DNA from: Octopus sinensis
Lineage: Eukaryota
Reading direction: 5' to 3'
Length of the DNA stretch: 64,000 bases
Assembly (NCBI RefSeq): GCF_006345805.1
Contig: NW_021832594.1
Span: 43,612 to 107,611, forward strand
The position numbers and the translations under genes are program-made. Numbering within the stretch: position 1 is the stretch's first letter; each line of letters starts with the position of its first letter. The notes under the pieces are model-generated. The model did not search any database. It saw only the letters and a list, made by a program, of their open reading frames with translations, and was not told where the DNA came from. Shown here piece after piece: positions 24,503 to 35,919 of the stretch.

Positions 24503-24892
24503 TAACTCTTTTACTTGTTTCAGTCATTTGACTGTGGCCATGCTGGAGCACCACCTTTAGTCGAGGAAATCGACCCCAGGACTTATTCTTTGTAAGCTTA
24601 GTACTTATTGTATTGGTGTGTTTTGCCACACAGCTAAGTTACGGTGGACATAAACACACCGGCATCGATTGTCAAGCGATGTTGGGGGGACAGCACAGAC
24701 ACACAAGCGTATACACATATACATATATACAACGGGCTTCTTTCAGTTTCCACCTACCAAATCCACTCACAAGGCTTTGGTCAGCCCAAGGCAATAGTAG
24801 AAGACACTTGCCCAATGTACCACGCAGTGGGACTGAACTCGGAACTATGTGGATGGTAAGCAAGCTATTTACCACACAGCCACTCCTACACC
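24503..24892 (-). mobile_element. SINE S1
   Basis: Full-length reverse copy. Confidence 0.9.
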
Positions 24893-24904
24893 TATATGTA
24901 CATG

Positions 24905-25895
24905 GTTGTGAGGCATAGTCTCATACCAAGATAAACAGCACATGACCTTGCAGTTGGGGTCCAATTAGAATTTTCTTCAGGCTGGGTAGTCCATCACACT
25001 CAAAAGGTCCCAGAATAAGGGTTGTTGCAGGATGATGAACAAAACACCCATTTTTCCAGAGGTGAATTATTAAAACCTCAAAGAATCCCTCTCAGCACAT
25101 GGCTGCAATGCTTCATCACTGCCCCTGCTCATGATCAGAGATGCACATATTGTCAGCCACTGAGGGACTTGCTGAACTAGTTATAGTCAAGCAGCTCACA
25201 AGCAAATCCGCTGTATTGAACAGAATATTTGCTGTAGCCCATCATTTACAGCAAGTAAAAACATACGCATGGTAACACTTGCAATCTGTTACGGTCAGAA
25301 GCCATGAGAGCCACTGTCTGGTACTGCATCAGGGCATGATTATCATTATTATTATTATTGAATGAAATGGCAGTGCATGCCATCAGAGTCACACTGGAGT
25401 AAAATATACAAAGCCCAGTATACCCATCGTGACTACCCGCCTGATGAGGGTACGCCAAGCACATGCATCACAAGCATATGTGCATGACATAGTGATTTCA
25501 TATCCAAGTACACAGCATGTTAGAATTTTCTTCACATCGAGTAGCCCATCCCAATCAAGAGTCCCCTGAATAAGGTTTGTTTAAGGATGTTGAACGAAAC
25601 ACCCATGTTTCCAGGGATGAATCATTTACACCATAAAGAAATCCTCTCAACACGTGGCTATGATGCTCTGCCATTACTTCTGCTCATGATCAATGATGCG
25701 CATATCATCAGCCACCAAGGGCCGTGCTGAACTGGTTATGGTCAAACAACTGACAAGCAAATCTGTGGTATTGAGCAGAATATTTGCTGTAGCCCATCTT
25801 TTATACCAAGACAAAATATGTACATGATAACACTTCCAATCAGTGAAGATCAGAAGCCATGAGAGCCACTGCCTGTTACTGCATCAGGGCATTAA
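24905..25895 (-). mobile_element. Two tandem copies of family S4 separated by (ATT)n
   Basis: aaaaggtcc/agagtccc...gcatcagggcat repeated at ~25000-25338 and ~25557-25892. Confidence 0.75.
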
Positions 25896-26295
25896 TGATG
25901 AGAACTATAAATGGCTTATATTGTTTGGACACTGATCAACAATGTTGTTGGGAAAGATACTTAACTCTTTTAAAAACTTTGGAGTTATTTCCCTTCGTAA
26001 TCTCATGCAACCCAGATATATCAAAAGTAACGAATCCAATATTGAGAAAGAACAACAAAATGAGAAGAAAGTTATTTCGAGATTCCAGTCAAATGATCGA
26101 TGAACAACAGCAAAAGGAAAAAAAAAAACAACAAAAAACAAAAGCAAAATACTATTCAATATTAACAATGTAATGAAAAGAATATATTAAATACTAACAT
26201 AAAACGTGCATTGAGACCAAGTGATTAATAGTGAAATGTTGAATTATTAATATATGAATTTTCTCTATTAAGATTTTAATAGCTTTTATTAAATA

Positions 26296-26693
26296 CTAGC
26301 AGTATCGCCCGGGGTTGCTCGGGTTTGTAAGGGAAATAACTATATAAGCATTTTTAGAGAGTTGTAGCCAAAAAATAGCAAAAATATGCATTAAAAATGG
26401 GAAAAAATGATGGTAAATATTTTTTTAAATCGTTGACTCATTGTAGACATTTTTAGAGAGTTACTTCTCTTATATAATAGCGAAAAAAAGCATTAAAATG
26501 GGAAAAAAATTATGGTAAATTTTTTTTTAAATCGTAGACTCATCGTAGACGCGCGCTAATACCCAGAAGGGCTCGATATGAATCACGACTATAAGATACC
26601 CGGTTTGGGTTAAACTGCACCGCAAAATGTGGGAGTAGTTAGGAATCTAAATCGTAGGAGACAGACACACAACTTCACTTTTATATATAAAGA
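26296..26693 (-). mobile_element. Non-autonomous Helitron with an internal ~110 bp duplication
   Basis: Minus strand: 5' A|TCTTTATATATAA, 3' hairpin CCCGAGCAACCCCGGG then CTAG|T. Confidence 0.8.
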
Positions 26694-26759
26694 TTTTCTA
26701 ACCTCACGTGAAAGACCCTAGTACTAGGGTGAGATTAGGTGCTAACCTTCTCCCACCCC

Positions 26760-27240
26760 CTTGTCTTCTTGGTGTGACATGGATGGATAGACGAATGTTG
26801 AGGTGGTTTGGCCACATGGAGAGGATGGATGAAGAGTGGATGGTAAGGAGGGTGATGAAGGCAGAAGTGGTAGGCAACAGAACCAAAAGCAGACCTCGGT
26901 TTGTGTGGATGGGTGGATGGGTGGAGTGAGGAAAGCTTTGGTGGTTAGAGGTGTTGAAATGAGAGAGGCAAGAGAATTTATTATATGATAGGAAAGCTTG
27001 GAGAGTGTTTGTGGATGGATGAGTGAATTGATGTTGCTCAAAGGAGTACAGAACTAACGTGATGCAGTGGGGTTAAACCAGCATATGCTGTCGGGCCCCA
27101 CTGCTGATACTGAGGATTGCATTCTATGATGATGATGCCTTGACCCGAGCATAGCACGGGGCTCGCCTCTTTGAGCTGGGAAATGAACGGAATGCCTGGT
27201 GTGTGTCTTGTTGTGGTTACCCACGCCTAAAACATGGGGA
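26760..27240 (+). mobile_element. 3' fragment of a second RTE-like LINE family
   Basis: RRMLRWFGHMERMDEEWMVRRVMKAEVVGNRTKSRPR C-terminal motif. Confidence 0.7.
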
Positions 27241-27558
27241 ATAGGCCTGGGTATATATATATATATATATTTCTTGTACCTTTATTGTAGCTCATCTTGT
27301 GTATTATGAACCATTGCAGAATATTAATTGATGAAGTCACAATTGATTATTGGAGCAGGCATAGCCTGGGCTTGAATCAGATTTTGGATCTGGTTTGCAG
27401 CTTTTACAAAAGCTACACCTGCAAACCTTTTAATTCAAGGAAGAAATTATCTAAAAATTTTATGTTTTCAGTGATAAGTTATTGTAAATCTTTACTTTCT
27501 TACTGATATCTATCGTTTTTTTGTCTTTTCTAATTTTCCTTTCAAATATTGTATTCAG

Positions 27559-27623
27559 AACTCCATCAGATTCTGTTAGAACCCCTGAAGAAAATATTTT
27601 TCCGACGTGGAACTTATTTAAAG
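27559..27623 (+). CDS. CENPI: CENP-I exon k (phase 1-0): LHQILLEPLKKIFFRRGTYLK
   Basis: gtattcag / gtaaaa, 65 nt; resembles VKPLLFDHLAQLFFTSTIYFK. Confidence 0.88.
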
Positions 27624-28760
27624 GTAAAATCAGAATATTGCATTACTCTTTTAATATTTCTCTTCTCTTCTTCATTCTGTTTCAATTGATATTTACTTTT
27701 TGCAAATGTGATAATCATTTCTTTTTATTTCAAGAGAATGCTCTGAAATGCTTGACCTCTGTATTTATCCTCTTCCTTCTTCTTCTTCATCTTCCTCAAC
27801 ATCTAGCTTCTGTGCTGGCACAGGTTGGTCAGTGTGACAGGGTTTGATGAGTCGATGGACTGACTCCTGCACCAATGTCCTTGGCCTGGTTGCCATGGCT
27901 GGCTGCTTATCCTAATATCAACCACTTTACATCTAGTTTCTATACTGGCACAGGTAGGATTGTTTCACAGGGTCTAATGTGTATGTGTCATAGACCAAGG
28001 GCCTCTTTGGTCTGATTGCTATCGTTGGTTGCCCTTCTTAGCTTCAACCACTTCACAGAAGTAGTGACAGGGTTGAGAAAAAGCAGTGGGCTATCCAATA
28101 TCATAAGGGGCTAGTGTGGGCAGAAGATATGAGAGAAAAGGGTTTGGAAGGAAGCAATAGATTAATGGGGAGAGGAAACCTGGGTGAATCCTTGAAGGAA
28201 AGACCAGTGTAGGGGTTTCATGCAGGAAGGTGAGGAGGAGTGTCAAGGAGGCAGAGAAACTTTGGGGAAGAGGAGGCAGAGGGATATGGGATGAGGAGAT
28301 TGTTATTAGTTTCTAAGATGCATCTTGCAAATGTTCAGTGATGTTTCTAGGGTCTCCACTGGGGTTTGGGTCTTCTAACATCAAACCCCACTCACCCAGT
28401 TGACCCAGCCAGGATTGATCAAGTCCCAACTTAGCATCCCAATAGCAGTAATCTCCCCTCTTCATCCCAAACCCACTCAGAGGCCTTCTCTGCAGTTTCT
28501 AACAATGCCGTTCATCAGAAAATACAGATATAAATAATACTTTCGACAGATACAATGAATGTACAAAGCATTGGCACATAAACATAAACTCATTCCTTTA
28601 GTTTACTAAATTGAGACTTACTGACACACAACAATATTAATCTTTTTTACTCTTTTACATGTTTCAGTCATTTGACTGTGGCCATGCTGGAGCACCGCTT
28701 TTAAATCTCTTTATAGTTCTTGTAAATGTCTATGACTAATCCTTGTTTTGTTTTATTCAG

Positions 28761-28834
28761 TGCCGGATTCTAATAACATTGACAGAACTAGTCACCAATT
28801 ATATAAATAAATGGCACCATCTTCATTTGTTAAG
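28761..28834 (+). CDS. CENPI: CENP-I exon l: CRILITLTELVTNYINKWHHLHLL(R); 3' boundary uncertain (28828, 28834 or 28876)
   Basis: ttttattcag acceptor; resembles CSVLQSLKELLQNW. No strong phase-2 donor is present (see findings). Confidence 0.7.
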
Positions 28835-29488
28835 GAAATCAAAGACCACCAAGAGTGCTATTGCAGTGGAATATGAGTATCTATTCCTTCTTTCTTTCTT
28901 TCTTTCTTTTTTTTTTTGTTCTCTGTTATCGGTGTTGAATGCTTTATTGTTAAACATTTTTATGCATTTGTGTGTGAATGAGTTAGTGGAGGATTGAGGG
29001 GAAAGACCCTACTGTCTTAGAAAAGAAACGGAAGGAAGGACATGTTGAGTGATGTAATCCTAGGTAAACTGTGTCTGATAGAAGAAAGAAAAAAAGACAG
29101 GATCGTAATTGCCAGAATGTATTTGATCATATGTCTACTTGAACTGGGGCTGAACAGTTTCTGGAGGAAACCCATCCAATTGTTAAGAGTAGCTGAACCA
29201 GTTCATAATTAGGCTCTTCATGAACAAATCATCGTTAGCTGCTTTACCTGTTCTGTCCCTCACAATGTTCTACATTGCAATCACATCCCACTGAGTCTAT
29301 TTTGGGTTTACTTTAGTTGAAGTCTTTCAGCTATACTTGTGAGATTGTGTGATCAACCAGACTACTGGATGTTGTTATACACTGCTGGTCACAGTGCACT
29401 TTGCATTGTTTTAGCTGGATCAAATATTAATATATCTATTCCTACCAAATATATATATTTATATATATATATATATATATATATTCTT

Positions 29489-29882
29489 TTACTCTTTTAT
29501 TTGTTTCAGTCATTTGACTGCAGCCATGCTGGAGCACCGCCTTTACTCAAAGAAATCGACACCAGGACTTATTCTTTGTAAACCTAGTACTTATTCTATC
29601 GGTCTGTCTTGCCGAACTGCTAAGTTACGGGGACGTAAACACACCAGCATCGGTTGTCTAGCGATGTTGGGGAACAGACACATACACACACATACATACA
29701 TATATACATATATATATATACGACGGGCTTCTTTCAGTTTCCGTCTACCAAATCCACTCACAAGGCTTTGGTCAGCCCAAAGCTATAGTAGAAGACACTC
29801 GCCCAAAGTGCCACGCAGTGGGACTGAACCCAAAACCATGTGGTTGGTAAGCATGCTACTTACTACACAGCCACTCCTGCAC
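29489..29882 (-). mobile_element. SINE S1
   Basis: Full-length reverse copy. Confidence 0.9.
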
Positions 29883-30374
29883 TTGTAACGTAAATTCGGA
29901 CAAAATGTCGCTAAGCATTTTATCTGACGTGCTAACAATTCTACCGGCTCAGAATATATATTATGACATCTGAACCTCAAGAATATGCCCTGACACTTGC
30001 CACCCTCTATATCTCTCTTTTCCTTTACTCAACCATCCTCTTTATATTCGGATCCCCCGCCTTTGTGAGTATGCCCGGCACTCTGCTACCATCTCTATCC
30101 TGCTTTCTCCCACATTCTCTCTCCTTCTCCTGCACTTCCCTCGGGTTGGGTAACCATGTATCTCCTTTGCAGCAGCACACCTGTTTCTGTTTTCATTTCT
30201 GATCTCTCTCTCTCTCTCCAGCCGGGTAACCTTGTACTTCCTCTACAGCAAGGCACCTCTTTCTGTACCTGTCTCACTATAACCTTTCATCATCTGACAG
30301 AAGATCACCTTCTCCAATTCCCTTTCCCCTCTCAAAAGTTTTTTTTTCTTGTCTTACAAGGTACTTGGTGACTC

Positions 30375-30863
30375 TGTTAGTGCAGGTGCCACTTAAAAAG
30401 CATCCAGCTCACACTGTAAAGTGATTAGCATTTGGAAGGACATCCAGCTGTAAAAACCCTGTCAAAACTGACCTTGCCTGTGCTTGTGCCACATAAAAAA
30501 GGACTAAGTCTACTCAGCTGAGTGGTTGGTGTTAGGAAGGGCATCCAGTTGTAAAAATCCTGCCAAAACAGTCACAGAAGTCTGGTGCAGGCTTCTGCCT
30601 GGCCGGCTCCTGTCAAACCTCCCACCTATGCCAGCATGGAAGGTGGACGTTAAACAAGAATGATGGTATGTGTACATCATCATCATCATCATTTAACGTC
30701 CGCTTTCCATGCTAGCATGGGTTGGACGGTTCAACTGGGGTCTGGGGAGCCCGAAAGCTGCACCAGTCCAGTCAGATCTGGCAGTGTTTCTACAGCTGGA
30801 TGCCCTTCCTAACGCCAACCACTCCGAGAGTGTAGTGGGTGATTTTATGTGCCACCGACACAG

Positions 30864-30866
<3 letters not shown>
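30375..30866. mobile_element. Two RTE 3'-tail copies tail to tail (30375-30665 +, 30677-30866 -)
   Basis: Inverted tails meeting at (CAT)n. Confidence 0.88.
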
Positions 30867-30902
<36 letters not shown>

Positions 30903-31448
30903 TTAAAATAGTGTACATTTAAACACAAAAGAAAACTACCCTTTAACAGGTAATTTTTACATGCTAGAAATAGCAGCCAACATGGCCAAAATCACGATCT
31001 AATAGCAATTTTCGAAGTAAATGAAAAATAAAAACTTTTACCTTGTTATTTTTATTACCGGTTATACCATGGTTTCAAATTTCTTTGACCAATAAGATTA
31101 TTTGCCATCCTTTGATAGGTAATTTAGCAAAACAATATTATCCACCATGTGCGTGTGGTAGGAGTTTGCTCCCCTGCTTGCAATGTATCAGATGCAGCTG
31201 TGCATTGTTAACCAGCTAGAGGAGATGTCCATGTTAAAGTGGCTACGAGCATTACTTTCTAGTACAACTACTATGACAATCTCTTAGATTTTAGAACTAG
31301 CTTTTTTGCTTAAATATATATATATATATAAATAAAACAAAGTGTCAGCATTAAGCAGTGTATAATTATGAGCAGAATTAGGGAAGTTGAAATATGTTTG
31401 TCACATATTTCAACTGCTAAAAGGCAGTTACTGTGGAGAAAATAAATC

Positions 31449-32350
31449 TCCCTTAGGCACATCCTGAAAAAAGTCAAACTTGAAACATCGATGTCTGGGA
31501 TTCCTCATAGATGGCAACACTGAACAAACAGGGTGTTTTCACACCTTTACACCACAAGAGAGATTTATTTACCACAGTAACTGCAGGTGTATTTGCCATT
31601 TAACAGTTGAGGTGCCGACCATATTTCATCTTACTTAATTCTGCTCATGCTTACACACTACTTAGCACTGACACCTTGTTATTTACCTTGATTGAGCGAT
31701 CTACTAGTGCAAATTAGTCTATGTGTTGACTGAATCTCTATATATATAACAGCAAAAATGTCTGTCTGTGTGTGTCCTTTATACAAATCCACAATTTTTC
31801 AGTTAGAGGGCTCGCATTTTCTATGGTCATTCAAAACCGTCCAAGGGTGGTCATGCACATCTTTACATTTCCTCAGTCACCCCACAAAGCCATTAAAAAA
31901 ATCAATAGAAATGACTTTTTTGTGAATTTTCTATCCAAAACCCATTCAAAATGCCCGAAACTTGATACGCCAATTGAATGCCAGCTAGCTGTATATGATT
32001 GGTCGGAGATTTGGTCAGTACTCATGTGTATGTGCGCACGCACACAGCTGTATATGCATGCACTAGCACTATGCCCCGGCGTTGCTGGGTCATAGTGATA
32101 GTTATATATAAAGTTACAGCTTTTATTAAGTTCGTTTAGAGTTGCTTCCCTTAGATACATCTAATTGATAAGAGCCAATAAACTCAAAACATCAATATCT
32201 GGGATTCCTAATAGAGGGTGACACTGAACGACTGGGTGTTTTCACACCTTTTTACCATAAGAGAGGTTTATTCTCCATGGTAACTGCAGTGTATTTGCCT
32301 TTAAGCAGTTGAAATATGTGACAAACATATATCAACTTACCTAATTCTGC
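31449..32350. repeat. Old direct duplication (~200 bp arms at 31449-31645 and 32146-32350) flanking a Helitron
   Basis: catc.at.tctgggattcct...gggtgttttcacaccttt...taactgca...taattctgct present twice. Confidence 0.7.
31735..32101 (+). mobile_element. Non-autonomous Helitron with an extended terminal palindrome
   Basis: 5' A|TCTCTATATATATAA; 3' palindrome 32062-32102 ending (C>A)TAG|T. Confidence 0.7.
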
Positions 32351-32377
32351 TTCTACATATATACATAGACATATATA

Positions 32378-32586
32378 TAGCATGCCTGGCGAAATGCTTA
32401 GCGGTATTTCATCTGCCGCTACGTTCTGAGTTCAAATTCCGCCGATGTCGACTTTGCCTTTCATCTTTTCGGGGTTGATAAATAAAGTATCAATTTCACA
32501 CTGGGGTTGATGTAATTGACTTAATCCCTTTGTTTGTCCATGTTTGTCCCCTCTATGTTTAGCCCCTTGTGGGCAATGAAGAAATA
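32378..32586 (+). mobile_element. SINE S2a ending ~25 bp upstream of exon m
   Basis: gttctgagttcaaattccgcc...agccccttgtgggcaatgaagaaat. Confidence 0.9.
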
Positions 32587-32612
32587 TATATATAATATTT
32601 CTCGTTTTTCAG

Positions 32613-32766
32613 GTTCAGTTTCTTTCAAGGTGATTTTGATAATTTCCGAGCTCATATTGAGTTCAAGAAGCTTATTGACTTTATTGATGAACTTTGCCTC
32701 CTGGGATTACTCTGTGAGGATGACCACTTGATAATGGTACATTTCTGCCTATGGTTCCAAGAACAA
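32613..32766 (+). CDS. CENPI: CENP-I exon m (phase 2-0): FSFFQGDFDNFRAHIEFKKLIDFIDELCLLGLLCEDDHLIMVHFCLWFQEQ
   Basis: tttttcag / gtaagc; resembles SKLIHYVGWL...NNTFLLHFILDFYEK. Confidence 0.9.
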
Positions 32767-32956
32767 GTAAGCCTTCTGTCTTTGTTTATTAAACATATTT
32801 GCAAAAGATATTGCTTGAAATCTAGTTTTTCTTTTCCACTTCATAATGGCTGAATTTTTATTAAAGACCAAAGCAAACTGCCTTTTGTGAGATAGTAACA
32901 CTGCACAGAAAAGAGACCTATCAATTCTGTTTTTATTTCGCTACAATAAATCTTTT

Positions 32957-33432
32957 CAGTTCTATATTTAAGAGATGTGGAATTATGTGCATTATTTACA
33001 TTCAACGGATATTTGTCCTCATCTTTTTTGTTAACACACCGTTTCAGCTGATATACCCTCCAGCCAGGTGTTTTGGAGAAATCTCAAACCTGGGTTCTCA
33101 TTCCTAAGGTATATATTTCAATGTTATTATTATTATTCGTTATTATTGTTCAGGTCACTGCTTGGAATTAAACTCAGAATCTTGTGCTTAGTAGCCCATG
33201 CTCTTAACCACTACACCATATGCCCACAGGTCCCAAGATTCCGAGTTCAATTCCAAGCAGTGACCTGAACAGTAATAATAATAATAATAACATGGAAAAA
33301 TATACCTTAGGAATGAGAACCCAGGTTCAAAATTTCCCCAAGACACCTGAAGAAGGCTGGAGAGTATATCAGCCGAAACGTGTTAACAACAAACAAGATG
33401 AGGACAAATATCCGTCGAATGTAAATAATGCA
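32957..33432. mobile_element. Head-to-head inverted dimer of family H1
   Basis: Minus copy 32957-33226, plus copy 33231-33432; 12 bp TSD-like AATAAAT(C/T)TTTT at 32945 and 33433. Confidence 0.8.
33342..33384 (+). ncRNA. Minimal type I hammerhead ribozyme motif; cleavage triplet deleted in this copy
   Basis: GACAC-CTGAAGA-A-GGCTG(10 nt)CAGCC-GAAAC-GTGTT. Confidence 0.45.
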
Positions 33433-33489
33433 AATAAATTTTTTGTTATGAAGGTGCGCACTGTCTTAGCCTTGTGGTTAAGAAGCTTC

Positions 33490-33862
33490 ACTCTTTTACT
33501 CTTTTACTTGTGTCAGTCATATGACTACGGCCATGCCGGAGCACCGCCTTTAGTCGAGCAAATCAACCCCAGGACTTATTCTTTGTAAGCCTAGTACTTA
33601 TTCTGTTGGTCTCTTTTGTAAACACACCAGCATCGGTTGTCAAGCGATGTTTGGGGGGACAAACACATACACACATACATATATATATATATATATACAT
33701 ATATACGACAGGGTTCTTTCATCTCCGTCTACCAATTCTATTCACAAGGCTTTGGTCGGCCCGAGGCTATAGTAGAAGACACTTGCCCAAGGTGCCACAC
33801 AGTGGGACTGAACCCAGAACCATGTGGTTGGTAAGCAAGCTACTTACCACGCAGCAACTCCT
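33490..33862 (-). mobile_element. SINE S1
   Basis: Reverse copy with a small internal deletion. Confidence 0.9.
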
Positions 33863-34152
33863 ATTGTATTTTTCAGGTTTCAATCCCACTGCATGGCAGT
33901 TTAAGCATCTTTTATTATAGCTTCAAATCAACCCAATCTCTCTTGGTGGAATTAAAATTAAGCACATGGAAATTGTGCTGGGTTTCTTGTAATTGTCCTT
34001 ACCTAGGTCACTGTCATATTGTTATTCTTTACATTAGTAAAGCTTTCGCTTATGACTAGCATGTAACTCTCATATTCAAACTGCTCCACTCATCTCTCAT
34101 CTCTTGGATCGCTAGATTCTGAGTAGCTCACATTGACCTCATGTAAAATAAC

Positions 34153-34521
34153 TGCTGGAGCATCGCCTTTAGTCAAGCAAATTGACCCCAAGACTTATTT
34201 TTTGTAAGCCTAGTACTTATTCTATCGGTCTCTTTTGCTGAATCGATAAGTTATGGGGATGTAAACACACCAGCATCACTTGTCAAGTGATGTTGAGTTT
34301 ACAAACACAAACATATATATAAACACATATATATATATATATACACACACATATATGCGATGGGTTTCTTTCAGTTTCCGTCTACCAAATCCACTCATAA
34401 GGCTTTGGTCGGCCCGAGGCTATAGTAGAAGACACTTGCCCAAGGTGCCACACAGTGGGACTGAACCCAGAACCATGTGGTTCGTAAGCAAGCTACTTAC
34501 CACACAGCCACTTCTATGCCT
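34153..34521 (-). mobile_element. SINE S1
   Basis: Reverse copy. Confidence 0.88.
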
Positions 34522-35465
34522 AATAAATACTGTTTTAATAATTACACTCAGCTAGCAAAAACAAAAACAAACCAATCACTGAATCACCCAAAATAGTATT
34601 AGCTATATTTTTGTAGCCCCTTCTAAGAGCCACAATTTTTGTGTAAATAACTCAGTATGATAAACTAATGAATCTCTGTAAGCTAGAAAAATAGGTGTGA
34701 AAAGATAATTAAATCTTAAAATAATTAAACATAATCGTTTATATACGGTTAGAAAAAAATATCTTCGTGTAATCCTGATGGCTAAAATTTCAAATGCCAT
34801 CAATAGACTGAATTGATTTGCTACTTGAAAACAGTTAATTGAATTCAGGTATATTTTTCTTTAGGCTTTTGCACTCATTTAGTTACACTTTACTCATTTA
34901 ATTATATGACACTAATGAGTTATTAGCTTCATAAGTTGGTGTTTTTTTTTGTTTTTTTTTTTACATTTTCTTAAATTTTCTGTAGACAGAATTTGAATTT
35001 AGTCAAACTATAACACAAGTTGATATGAATTTAAGATGCAATTATAATATTTAATTGCTTTCTTAATCAGTGCCACCTGAACTAAAATCAATTGAATCCA
35101 TTTGTGTGGCCTGCAAGATGTATATTAAGCTGTCTGGTTGCATGACTTGTTTGGGTGTTTCCCTCTGTTTGCCGGCACGAGGCCAGGTCTGAAAAGCGAA
35201 GGGCTAAAGTCAACCAGCTAGAAACCAAGAGGATTGTATGGCAAAATGTAATATCACAATATCACTTTCATTTGAGAGTGGAAGCAAAAGAATTAGTTTT
35301 CCTTGCTGTTTTGTTCCTAAAACAAAAGCAGTCAGTTGTGTTTAGCATTTGATTTACCAGTATTTTAGATGTCAGAATTCGTGAATTTGTTACTAAAAGA
35401 ATGTGAAATGCACCAGAAAACCAGTTGAAGGTATCGTTGTTTGCATTTAATTATGAGCATTATCA

Positions 35466-35677
35466 AGGTGCTGAGTTGGCGGAAACGTTAGCATGCCAGG
35501 CAAAATGCTTTGCAGTATTTCATTAGTCTTTACATTCTGAGTTCAAATTCAACGAAGGTCGACATTGCCTTTCATCCTTTCAGGGTCAAAATGAAAAACG
35601 TACCAGTCCAGCACTGGGGTCGATGTCATCAACCATCCCCCTTTCCCCCAAATTTCAGGCCTTGTGCCTATAGTAGG
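35466..35677 (+). mobile_element. SINE S2b (further + copies at ~13905-14038, 23761-23944, 37372-37588)
   Basis: S2 head and central domain with ggccttgtgcc 3' variant. Confidence 0.8.
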
Positions 35678-35919
35678 TGTTGTATCCATAACCAAAGCAC
35701 TTTACTCTCAGTCCATCTAGCTTTAAATAGGGACCACATGGTGTGATTAACTATCTGCTGAAAACAGTAGTAGCTGCAACATTTTATGTTTCATTTGGTT
35801 GTAGTGCTGATTTGTAATATAGAGAAGGATGGTCTCTGTTGGGTGGATTTGCCTTCAATGAACTGTATATTGACAAAGTCTGTTGTGATGCTCATAATGA
35901 TTTAAGGGGTTCTTGTTTA

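Noticed and set aside
25441-25470. CTGATGA in family S4
   Set aside because: No stem II or GAAA follows
27291-27506. ORF LILCIMNHC...LNQILDLVCSFYK as a CENP-I exon
   Set aside because: Phase 0 does not fit exon j; exon k at 27559 fits both phase and homology
28877-28890. U12-type intron (GTATCT...)
   Set aside because: Does not match RTATCCTT, and there is no TCCTTAAC branch point before 32613
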